From: a virus | Reading direction: 5' to 3' (one strand) | Length of the DNA stretch: 64,000 nt | IMG/VR virus record: IMGVR_UViG_3300013901_000001 | Shown: positions 25,883-33,750 of the stretch, piece by piece | Position numbering within the stretch: position 1 is the first letter of the stretch | Layout: each line of letters opens with the position of its first letter | Made by a program: the position numbers and the translations under genes | The notes under the pieces: model-generated | What the model was told of the DNA's origin: nothing | The model's database searches: none | The model's input: only the letters and a program-made list of their open reading frames with translations

Positions 25883-26080
25883 TTATGCACATAAAATATA
25901 TACATAGTATTCATCGTTTTCTTTGTATTCTGCTTCAACTTTTCTGTCGCCGTCTTCTGTTACAACATCACCGTTAAGGGTGTTATAATATCCAATCGAA
26001 AGACTTTTTAAAATCTTTCTGATATTATCGTTTATGCTTCCGGTTTTCCATTCAAACTTTCCTATATACATTTTTTCCAT
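25883..26080 (-). CDS. mini-ORF 1 (65 aa)
   Basis: ORF track. aaaaggagataaaacaat RBS. Confidence 0.55.
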   Translation of the reverse strand: MEKMYIGKFEWKTGSINDNIRKILKSLSIGYYNTLNGDVVTEDGDRKVEAEYKENDEYYVYILCA

Positions 26081-26134
26081 ATTGTTTTATCTCCTTTTTG
26101 GTTTGTTCTTTGTTATGGTCTTATTATATTGTAG

Positions 26135-26208
26135 TTATGTACATAACACAATAGGCAAGTTGCACAAAGTTGTGTACATAATATTGGTTGTTTTTGATAT
26201 GTACATAA
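26135..26208. promoter_or_regulatory. three TGTACA-centred palindromic operator candidates in a divergent control region
   Basis: ttatgtacataa (26135-26146, perfect palindrome), tgtgtacataat (26171-26182), atatgtacataa (26197-26208). Located between the minus-strand mini-ORF operon and a plus-strand RHH gene. Confidence 0.55.
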
Positions 26209-26256
26209 CATTTTAATATTGCTACAATGATACCTGATAAAAAGGAGGTATTTCTA

Positions 26257-26442
26257 ATGGCAATAACAGAAGAAAGACGAAAATATTTATACGATTACCA
26301 CAAGAACAACTTGAAGCGCGTGCCGCTTGATCTGCAATTATCAGACTATGAATTACTGAAAGCAGAAGCACAAAATGCCGGGGAATCGGTAAACGGTTTT
26401 ATAAAACAGGCGATAGCCGAAAAATTGGAACGAATGAATTAG
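26257..26442 (+). CDS. ribbon-helix-helix protein
   Basis: ATG at 26257 after aaaaggagg. KRVPLDLQLSDYELLKAEAQNAGESVNGFIKQAIAEKLE. Confidence 0.55.
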   Translation: MAITEERRKYLYDYHKNNLKRVPLDLQLSDYELLKAEAQNAGESVNGFIKQAIAEKLERMN

Positions 26443-26483
26443 GACGGGAAACCGCCCTTTTTCTTTGCGATTCTGGACGATAA

Positions 26484-26630
26484 CGCTATATAGAATGTTA
26501 TATAACAAGATATATAATAAGCTATATAATAATTCATATATGGTAATTCTTATATAGTAATTCTGTATGATATTTACTATATAATAATTCTGTGTTATAA
26601 TTACTATATAGTAATTCATATATAATAATC
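26484..26630 (+). repeat. AT-rich iteron array (about 7 copies of YTATATARTAATTC)
   Basis: Copies start near 26522, 26536, 26550, 26577, 26592 (degenerate), 26604 and 26618. Confidence 0.7.
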
Positions 26631-26648
26631 ACAACAGGAGGTTTTACA

Positions 26649-27023
26649 ATGCCATTACCAAAATACGTTAAAAATGCGCAGAATAACTATAATTCTAAGT
26701 TTGATCTTGTGCAGATTAAACTACCAAAAGGAACAAAGGAAAAGATCCGGGAAATAATCAAAGAAAATGATACTATAAGCGGATTCTGTTTAAAAGCTGT
26801 CCTAAATGCAATCGAAAACGGGGATCAGTTCAAAAAATACGACGAAAAGAAGCAACAGGACGAACTACAAGCCATGTTGGACGCTGCCAGGGCGAGACAC
26901 GCAGCCAATAATTACGAGGACAGTGAGCAGAAGCGCAGAGACACCATCGCGGCAGCTTCGGACATCAACGAAGGACTCGCTGACTACAAGAAACCCGACC
27001 CGGAGACCTACTTAAACGATTGA
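26649..27023 (+). CDS. ribbon-helix-helix-like protein with acidic tail
   Basis: FDLVQIKLPKGTKEKIREIIKENDTISGFCLKAVLNAIENG. caggaggttttacaatg RBS. Confidence 0.5.
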   Translation: MPLPKYVKNAQNNYNSKFDLVQIKLPKGTKEKIREIIKENDTISGFCLKAVLNAIENGDQFKKYDEKKQQDELQAMLDAARARHAANNYEDSEQKRRDTIAAASDINEGLADYKKPDPETYLND

Positions 27024-27335
27024 AATTCGCTTTTAACCCCTTAGGTGGATAAATTATCAAGAAAAAATTATGCTACCTTGAAACACGATGTTAAGAGTCT
27101 TTAAAGCGGTCTTTAAGGTGACGATACCACCATAAGAGAAAACCGGACAATTTTTTCTCAACCCGGCACTTTTATTCCTGATCTCTGCCCCTATTATATT
27201 TATAACAGTAGTGTATATTAAAGGTCTCTGTATGTAAATTCTTGGCTACTCACTACAGTTTAGAAAAAATATAGATTATGAGGGGGAATAATGGCCGGAG
27301 TTGCGGATGCAACCCGGAGCGCAGCGGAACATGGA

Positions 27336-27451
27336 GGATATAAATAAACATCTTTTCAGTTTATTTATATCCGACCGAGTGATAAATAAACATCTTTTCA
27401 GTTTATTTATCACGAGTACAGATATTGAACATCTTTTCAGTTCAATATCTG
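27336..27451 (+). repeat. three tandem hairpins sharing the loop ATCTTTTCA
   Basis: 27336-27372 (14-bp stem), 27379-27413 (13 bp), 27419-27451 (12 bp). The third stem has a different sequence, but the loop and the closing AAC/GTT are identical. Confidence 0.8.
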
Positions 27452-27475
27452 AACACTACTGATATACCTAAACAA

Positions 27476-27593
27476 TCTCAACGTAAATAAAGCCAATAAA
27501 CTATCGTTTAGCCAATACATTGTTTTTATAACACTCTCAACGTAAATACTACTAATAACTTACCGTGTAGCCAATAACTTATATTTATAACAC
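27476..27593 (+). repeat. two degenerate 59-bp tandem direct repeats
   Basis: Both units start tctcaacgtaaata, contain tagccaata and end tttataacac. Confidence 0.7.
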
Positions 27594-27943
27594 CATTATT
27601 TACACTGTATATATTATATATAAAGGGAGTGCACTTAAAACCGACAGATTGTTGACGAAAATTAGTTGTTGCATCATTTCGGTATTTAGCGTATCGTTAA
27701 ATCATAAGTTGAACATCGAAAACCTAATATCGTACAACACACATTAGTTTTACCAGTTATACAAGTTTTATTTTTGTTTGATTTACCAAAAGATTTTTAC
27801 AGTTTATAGTTACACCATTTACGATTTGATTACATTTGATTACCAAGGAAGTGTTGAGGAATGGACGCGAATATATTTCTATGCGTTTATTTCTTGATGC
27901 TTCCTTTTTGTTTACCCAAAATGCCGAGAAAGGAATCGGAACG

Positions 27944-28723
27944 ATGAGCGAAGAAAAGAAAGTTGAAGTTGTCAGTTTTGCAGATCAGGTAGAAGCCGAA
28001 TTTATCCGGCTTTATCAACAGTACCGCATAGCAGACGCCCCGGAGCGAAGAGTCCCGGACATGATCGACGCTATTTGGCCGAAGATCTACAAGAAGATCT
28101 TTGAACTGGACGAGTCCGAATCCTGGATCAATTGTAGCCATACCAGATTGAGAACTTGGAGATATTTAGACGTTGAATCTGTATGTGACACCTATATAAA
28201 TCTTTGCCGTGTATATGGTGGAAAGATAAAGATTAATTCTTTCTGTGAGTTAACCGGTATACATAGATATACTTTAGATCTATGGCACGAAAAGAATGTA
28301 AATAAAACCATTATATTTGAATTATCTGAAAAGGATATAGAAAAAGAATATAAGGAGACAGTATATATATTTAATAATATAAATGGCGAGGATGTTGTAA
28401 GGAGGCCTGAATGGAATGAGATGAGGCTAAGTACTAAAAGAATTGACGTGCGACAAAAAATTGTCACTGCCGCCCGTGAGCAGAGCCGAAACGCAAGGTC
28501 AATTGATACCGTCGGCAATATCCAGATGAGCAACAATGACGAAGAACTCGGTTTCCTGTATGATACTAAACGGGATTTCAGAAAGGAGAGCATCAGACAG
28601 GCGTTAACGGTGGATGATTTACCAAAACTGGGAAATCTTAACAGGAGCACAGAGATACAAGATATAGTATGTAACGCAATACCGAATACTACATATACGA
28701 AAATGACAGAAAATAGCGAATAA
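27944..28723 (+). CDS. putative terminase small subunit (HTH protein)
   Basis: ATG at 27944. The segment CDTYINLCRVYGGKIKINSFCELTGIHRYTLDLWHEKN resembles small-terminase HTH regions. Lies upstream of the packaging module but 3.2 kb from terL. Confidence 0.35.
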   Translation: MSEEKKVEVVSFADQVEAEFIRLYQQYRIADAPERRVPDMIDAIWPKIYKKIFELDESESWINCSHTRLRTWRYLDVESVCDTYINLCRVYGGKIKINSFCELTGIHRYTLDLWHEKNVNKTIIFELSEKDIEKEYKETVYIFNNINGEDVVRRPEWNEMRLSTKRIDVRQKIVTAAREQSRNARSIDTVGNIQMSNNDEELGFLYDTKRDFRKESIRQALTVDDLPKLGNLNRSTEIQDIVCNAIPNTTYTKMTENSE

Positions 28724-28950
28724 AAATAGGGTATGGTCTATTTTTACGCATGAAAAATTGTGCAATATGACTAACGAATCCGGAATGACTCCTTGACCAC
28801 CAGAAGCACCCGGGAGGGGGTTACACGGGAACCGCCGAAACCGCCCACTTAGCCCCTCAACCACCCCAAAAATCAAAAAGCCACTTATCCAAAACGGATA
28901 AACAAAGCAAGGATAATCCAATTCTTAAAAATTTTTTAAAAACAAAAAAA

Positions 28951-28960
28951 GGGGGGGGGG
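28951..28960 (+). repeat. intergenic G10 homopolymer preceded by A7
   Basis: aaaaaaagggggggggga read directly. Confidence 0.9.
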
Positions 28961-29040
28961 ATGAAATGAGAAAAATCACAGAAACACATACAGGGAAAGC
29001 TCCAAAATAAAAGACCTCTCCGAAGAGAAGTCCTTTACAA

Positions 29041-29199
29041 TTATTTCCCAATGCTTTTTAAATAAGCATCCAGGGATTTATCCAATATTTTACTCATTGG
29101 TATGCTACTTTCATCGGAATACTCCTTTAATCTCCGGTGTATTTCCTTGTCAAGAGAACTTGAAATGAAAATACGGTTTTTTAATCTTCTGTCAGCCAT
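29041..29199 (-). CDS. ribbon-helix-helix protein (52 aa)
   Basis: MADRRLKNRIFISSSLDKEIHRRLKEYSDESSIPMSKILDKSLDAYLKSIGK after an aaggaggtgattac RBS. Divergent from the recombinase gene. Confidence 0.5.
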   Translation of the reverse strand: MADRRLKNRIFISSSLDKEIHRRLKEYSDESSIPMSKILDKSLDAYLKSIGK

Positions 29200-29325
29200 G
29201 TAATCACCTCCTTTGGTGGATTATACAATAAAATTCCATACAGTTCAATAAGCTACTTGAAATTTCATTTGAAATGCTATATACTTATAGAAAAGTACAT
29301 AAGCATTTATGAAAAGGATTGAACT

Positions 29326-29910
29326 ATGAAGATTGGATATGTAAGAGTTTCAACAGTGGATCAGAATGAAGATCGACAGATTGAAGGACTTGAAAAGTAT
29401 GGGATTGAAAAGTGGTACATGGAAAAGGTTTCTGGAAAAAACATGAACCGGGAACAATTACAGGAAATGCTTTCCTGCATAAAAGAAGGAGATACGGTTT
29501 ACGTACATGATTTTAGCCGATTGGCAAGAAGCACCAAGGATTTGTTGGAAATTGTAGAATCCCTTAATAAAAAGAGCGTGCACCTTGTAAGCAATAAGGA
29601 AAACATTGATACATCTACTCCACAAGGAAAATTGATGGTGACAATGCTTGCTGCAATTTATGAGTTTGAGCGAACTAATATGCTTGAACGTCAGGCAGAG
29701 GGAATTGAAATTGCAAAGAGAAAAAAGGTTTACAAGGGAAGAAAGCCGAAAGATATTTCCAGAGAGCAAGTAATTGACGGTCTTAAGAGATACAAAGCCG
29801 GACTTGTTACGAAAAAGGATCTTGCAAAAGAAATCGGGGTTTCGATCCCCACACTTAACAAGAACTTTGATGAATTTGATTTTTGGAACAGTGAAGATGG
29901 TGAAGAATGA
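29326..29910 (+). CDS. small serine recombinase (Hin/Gin invertase-resolvase family)
   Basis: MKIGYVRVSTVDQNEDRQ, ...FSRLARSTKDLLEIV..., C-terminal HTH (TKKDLAKEIGVSIPTLNK). Confidence 0.85.
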   Translation: MKIGYVRVSTVDQNEDRQIEGLEKYGIEKWYMEKVSGKNMNREQLQEMLSCIKEGDTVYVHDFSRLARSTKDLLEIVESLNKKSVHLVSNKENIDTSTPQGKLMVTMLAAIYEFERTNMLERQAEGIEIAKRKKVYKGRKPKDISREQVIDGLKRYKAGLVTKKDLAKEIGVSIPTLNKNFDEFDFWNSEDGEE

Positions 29911-30053
29911 AAGTTTTTGGAAAAGAAATAAACGATGAATGTAAAAACTGCGGAAAGATTCTTGAATGCGAATTGTTCCGTCAAGGTCACGGGATTGGCG
30001 TTGAGCGTACCAACGTATCAGAAATGGTGCGCTGCCAACTAGACCACTATCAA

Positions 30054-30126
30054 AGGGATATCGCCAAGCGGTAAAGGCACAGGATTTTGATTCCTGTATT
30101 CGTGGGTTCGAATCCCACTATCCCCG
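30054..30126 (+). tRNA. tRNA-Gln (anticodon UUG), A1-C72 unpaired, no encoded CCA
   Basis: Hand-folded cloverleaf: AGGGATA-TC-GCC-AAGCGGTAAA-GGC-A-CAGGA-TTTTGAT-TCCTG-TATTC-GTGGG-TTCGAAT-CCCAC-TATCCCC-G. Anticodon at 30087-30089. Confidence 0.75.
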
Positions 30127-30590
30127 TTTGGGTTACTTGTTTCATAACCCATGACATTTTTCTCCTTTATACGTAAACCCACTAGCGGAAGGCTGTTAAG
30201 GATCGTCACAAGATCCGGTGGGATTTCTATGGATAGTGCATTCCATAACCGTAAAGACGGACACCAAAGAAATCCTTTCTAAGTGTGAAATAGCTAGTGC
30301 CGGTTCAGATGCACGGAGCCGGTGCGCATGGATAGTATGCAAACGGGCAAGCAGGAGGTCGAAAGACCAGATCAGCATTGCAAGGTTCGAGTCCTTGCCT
30401 ATCCATTCTCCGTAAGGCCATACGGAGCCTAGGAGCCAGTCATAGATCTGTTGCAAGCGAAAATGACGGTGAAAAACTTTATTCGTGGAGATAAGGAGAA
30501 AACGTGAGACAACATATCCGTTTGGTAGCGAATAGCATTCTTGAAGTTTCAAATGGGTTTATAGGGAATGCCATGGAAAGGGAGTGATTG
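30127..30590 (+). ncRNA. about 460-nt ORF-poor, stem-rich region (unclassified structured RNA candidate)
   Basis: Many local and long-range complementarities, including GGGTTA/TAACCC, CCCAC/GTGGG, GGATC-GTCACAA-GATCC, GGATTTCT/AGAAATCC, ATGGA/TCCAT, GGTC-GAAA-GACC and CTCCGTA-AGGCCA-TACGGAG. The only ORFs are short, overlapping and antisense. Confidence 0.45.
30330..30405 (+). ncRNA. 76-nt tRNA-like module lacking an anticodon loop
   Basis: GGATAGT-A-TGC-AAACGGGCAA-GCA-GGA-GGTC-GAAA-GACC-AGATCAGCATTG-CAAGG-TTCGAGT-CCTTG-CCTATCC-A. It has a 6-bp acceptor, a D-like arm with GGG and a canonical T arm. A GNRA hairpin stands where the anticodon arm should be. Confidence 0.45.
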
Positions 30591-30594
30591 AGGA

Positions 30595-31359
30595 ATGATC
30601 TTGAATTGCATAAACTGTGGTGCACCGATTGATAATACAAAAACAAAATGCCCGTATTGCGACACTCCATATAAGTTAAATGGATTTGCTGGTGAGATTT
30701 CAGAGGAAAGTAACTGCGGAGTGTTGAATATAGGCGGTCATTTCTACGATGACTATTTGTCCAGTGTAGAGGTAGGGGATTACGGATACATGGGATATAG
30801 GGATGCCACAGGAAGGTCGATAAGAGAAGTAAGAAACATTCACAGAACGTTACGTTGGAGACTTACTAACATGATGATAAATATTTTGTTTCTTGTGGAT
30901 TCAATAGAAGACGCTGCATTAGAAACATACATAACTGAAAATGTCGTGAAAGATAAACGAGGGATTTTTGACATTGATTACGAATATGCGATGATAAGCA
31001 TTAATAACATAAAAGTGTGGTTTTGCGCTCCAGAAGCTGAAAGATGCATTTCTCCAATATTGTTTTGTGATTGTGTAGTTGTAGATGTAAATACGGCTAA
31101 AGGAATTTTGGAAAAAGAAAATCTGCAAAGAATGCGTAAAACGATACCGTTTTATGACAGATCTTGTTTTTATAAGACAATGATTGACGAATGGGAGAGG
31201 AAGAACGTGAAAAAGAGTATTATTGACCGTTGGAAGAAGCATGGAGAATTTACAAGGCGTTGCATGATAGCCGGATTTTCAAAAGATTTTATTCCTACAC
31301 GGTTTGAATATGCAATTACAGGCACTAAACTTCATAAGTTAATCTATGGGAGAAACTAA
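30595..31359 (+). CDS. hypothetical protein with N-terminal zinc ribbon
   Basis: MILNCINCGAPIDNTKTKCPYCDTPY. Confidence 0.55.
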   Translation: MILNCINCGAPIDNTKTKCPYCDTPYKLNGFAGEISEESNCGVLNIGGHFYDDYLSSVEVGDYGYMGYRDATGRSIREVRNIHRTLRWRLTNMMINILFLVDSIEDAALETYITENVVKDKRGIFDIDYEYAMISINNIKVWFCAPEAERCISPILFCDCVVVDVNTAKGILEKENLQRMRKTIPFYDRSCFYKTMIDEWERKNVKKSIIDRWKKHGEFTRRCMIAGFSKDFIPTRFEYAITGTKLHKLIYGRN

Positions 31360-31704
31360 ATGAGAGGGATATTTAGATTAAAAAAGTGCAGAAAATGCCC
31401 AATGCACACAATTTATAAAAATGTAAAAGGAATACCGGAAGATTATTGCGTTCCAGTTCCATGGTTTTTCTTTAGTATTCCGTGTGTGAAAAGGTCAATA
31501 AAGGAATGCGAGGAAGTTAGAGATGATTATGAGGAGCATAAAAGGGGTATGACGAAATTTACAGAAAGAGAGATGAAATTGAAAATCGAAGAATGCGCCG
31601 AACAGATAGCTGAGTCTTTGTGCAAAGGTAAGGATATTGAGATTCGCAAGTCCACAAATGGAATCAGCGTTGCGGAAATAAGCAAGAAAGTTGTGAGACG
31701 ATGA
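31360..31704 (+). CDS. hypothetical protein
   Basis: ORF track. Starts directly after the upstream stop. Confidence 0.5.
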   Translation: MRGIFRLKKCRKCPMHTIYKNVKGIPEDYCVPVPWFFFSIPCVKRSIKECEEVRDDYEEHKRGMTKFTEREMKLKIEECAEQIAESLCKGKDIEIRKSTNGISVAEISKKVVRR

Positions 31705-31878
31705 AAAAGAAAATGGAACGGATTATTGACTTTTTGGATTCTTTTTTCTATTATCCAAAGATGAAGAGATATTTTATCAATAAGGGGTTGTTTAGCTACA
31801 ATCCTTGGCAAGATGAAAAATTTGCCAGAATAAAATATGCGTGGTGGCATTGTCATCACGGAAGATTGAGAGATTAAA
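31702..31878 (+). CDS. hypothetical 58-aa protein
   Basis: ATGA overlap with the upstream stop. MKKKMERIIDFLDSFFYYPKMKRYFINKGLFSYNPWQDEKFARIKYAWWHCHHGRLRD. Below the ORF-track length cutoff. Confidence 0.4.
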
Positions 31879-31960
31879 TCTAACGGCACAACAGATATGG
31901 TTGTTGTGCAACAAGTCAAAATGGAGACTTCTTTTATTTTGCAAAGGAGGTCTCTTTTTT

Positions 31961-33736
31961 ATGTCTGTTGAACTCCAACAAACAGTTCAAGGGTATGAAA
32001 ATTACATAAAACAAAACGGAATTGATGCACAAGCAATAGACGCATACGTTGAAGCGTGCAATTTTGCCATAAGAAAAGAAAAAGATATTTCATACGGATT
32101 GAAATTGACTAATCATGCTAAAAAGTTGATAGAAAATTATTGTGTTTCAAAAACCGGAGTTTCAATTTGGAAACTTGAAAAATATGCACAAGAAAATAAA
32201 TCTGAATACGGATTGATAGATCAATATTATGAACTGCTAAAACTGGAAAGCTTCTGGAAACTTGAAAGCTATATATTTTTTATGGAGCGTAAAAGACCTT
32301 GCGGAAAAAGGTTTTATTACCCAAGAAAGAAAACCTTAAAAAAGGTTTTGGACGATCTGGAAGATCTTGAAAACAGAGTTATCTCTTTTTATGGTTTATC
32401 ATTGCCGTCAAGAACCGGAAAATCAACTTTATGTATCTTTTTTCTTTCGTGGATAGCATTAAAAAGACCTAACAGCCATTCCGCTATGGGAGGTCATTCC
32501 GGAATACTTGCAAAAGGATTCTATAAAGAATTAATGAATCTTTTTACGACAAACGAATATTGTTTTGCAGAATTATATTACTTCTGGCATCCGGAATATG
32601 AAAACACTATTATACCAACAGATAAAAGCGCAGATGAATATACAATTACTTTAGGTGATCCGGATAGATTTGCAACGATTACTTGCAGAGGTATTGACGG
32701 AACATGGACGGGAGCTGTTGATGTATCAGGGGACGGATATTTGTACGTAGACGATTTAGTAAGAGACAGAGAGCATTCATTAAGTCCGTCACGTATGGAA
32801 AATACATATCAAGAGTACTTGAACAAAATGGTTGACCGAAAAAATGACGGTTCCCGTGAATTAATGGTTGGTACTTTGTGGAATGTGCTTGATCCTCTTG
32901 AAAGATTAAGAAAACAGTATGACGGAAACCCAAAATACAGATTCAGAAAGATTCCGGCGCTTGATGATAATGATGAGAGCAATTTTGACTATGAAATAAA
33001 TGGATTTTCAACAGAATACTACCGCGATATGAGAGAGAAACTTGATAAAGCAGAATGGGAAGCAAAATTTATGCAACGTCCTTTTGTACGAGAAGGACTG
33101 CTGTTTCCTACTGATGAATTAAGATATTTTAACGGAATTTTACCAGAGGGAGATTTTAGAAGAATTGGTGTTACTGATATTGCGTGGGGAGGTGGAGATA
33201 GCCTGTCGATGCCTATCGGAGCGGAATATGAAAACGGAGACGTATATATTTATGACTGGGTATTTAATTCCGGGCCAAAAGAAGTAACAATTCCTCTTGT
33301 CGTCGGAAGAATCATGGGAAATGAGATACGACAAACAAGATTTGAGGGAAACGTTGGTGGAGATCTTTATTGCCAGTACGTAGATGAAAAACTGCAAGAA
33401 CAAAATTACAAATGCTCTTGTACAAGCAAAAAAGCGTCAAATAAAATCGAAAAATTATCCAAAATCATCGCATATTCTGGAGATATAAAGCGAAAGTTTA
33501 TATTTCTTGAAAGCAAAAAGCCTACACAAGAAGAACTTGAACACGATGCAGAAATGGGAATTGTACGATACAGACGTACAGATGAGTACCAAAAAGCAAT
33601 GGACGAATTGACAATGTTTGTAAGTATTGGAGGAAATGAACATGACGATGCGGCGGACGGACTTACACAGCTTGAAATGTTCATTGAAAATCCGGCATCG
33701 GTAAAAGTAGCAAAAATTATTCAGAGTCCAATTTAA
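31961..33736 (+). CDS. terL: terminase large subunit
   Basis: ATG at 31961 after aaaggagg. Walker A LPSRTGKSTL. Acidic nuclease-half motifs (DIAWGGGDSLS, GGNEHDDAADGL). Portal gene follows. Confidence 0.8.
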   Translation: MSVELQQTVQGYENYIKQNGIDAQAIDAYVEACNFAIRKEKDISYGLKLTNHAKKLIENYCVSKTGVSIWKLEKYAQENKSEYGLIDQYYELLKLESFWKLESYIFFMERKRPCGKRFYYPRKKTLKKVLDDLEDLENRVISFYGLSLPSRTGKSTLCIFFLSWIALKRPNSHSAMGGHSGILAKGFYKELMNLFTTNEYCFAELYYFWHPEYENTIIPTDKSADEYTITLGDPDRFATITCRGIDGTWTGAVDVSGDGYLYVDDLVRDREHSLSPSRMENTYQEYLNKMVDRKNDGSRELMVGTLWNVLDPLERLRKQYDGNPKYRFRKIPALDDNDESNFDYEINGFSTEYYRDMREKLDKAEWEAKFMQRPFVREGLLFPTDELRYFNGILPEGDFRRIGVTDIAWGGGDSLSMPIGAEYENGDVYIYDWVFNSGPKEVTIPLVVGRIMGNEIRQTRFEGNVGGDLYCQYVDEKLQEQNYKCSCTSKKASNKIEKLSKIIAYSGDIKRKFIFLESKKPTQEELEHDAEMGIVRYRRTDEYQKAMDELTMFVSIGGNEHDDAADGLTQLEMFIENPASVKVAKIIQSPI

Positions 33737-33750
33737 ATGGGAGGCATTTT

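Noticed and set aside
27336-27451. Hairpin triplet (and the iteron array at 26484-26630) considered as a CRISPR or mini-CRISPR array.
   Set aside because: The units are separated by only 6-7 nt, or are contiguous. There are no spacer-sized unique segments and no cas genes.
28780-28870. GC-rich stretch (cccgggagggggttacacgggaaccgccgaaaccgccc) considered as a twister or hammerhead ribozyme.
   Set aside because: No CUGAUGA core is present, and I could not build the required stems on either strand. Not tested with covariance models.
22186-29199. The four small RHH genes (22186, 26257, 26649, 29041 minus) read as antitoxins of toxin-antitoxin pairs.
   Set aside because: No adjacent ORF resembles a known toxin family. 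Two of them flank repeat arrays, which suggests operator or centromere binding instead.
29907-30074. 55-aa ORF (MKVFGKEINDECKNCGKILE...) starting with an ATGA overlap on the recombinase stop.
   Set aside because: Its last 21 nt overlap the 5' part of a complete tRNA-Gln cloverleaf. I kept the tRNA call, but the ORF cannot be strictly excluded.
30127-30590. HDV-like/theta ribozyme directly after tRNA-Gln, tmRNA, c-di-GMP riboswitch, group II domain V.
   Set aside because: I could not fit the P1-P2-P3-P1.1-P4 HDV topology, because only 9 nt separate the best P1 strands. The tRNA-like module lacks a G3-U70 pair and is too close to its candidate 5' partner for a tmRNA. No GEMM or domain V consensus was seen. 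It is left unclassified, not excluded by computation.
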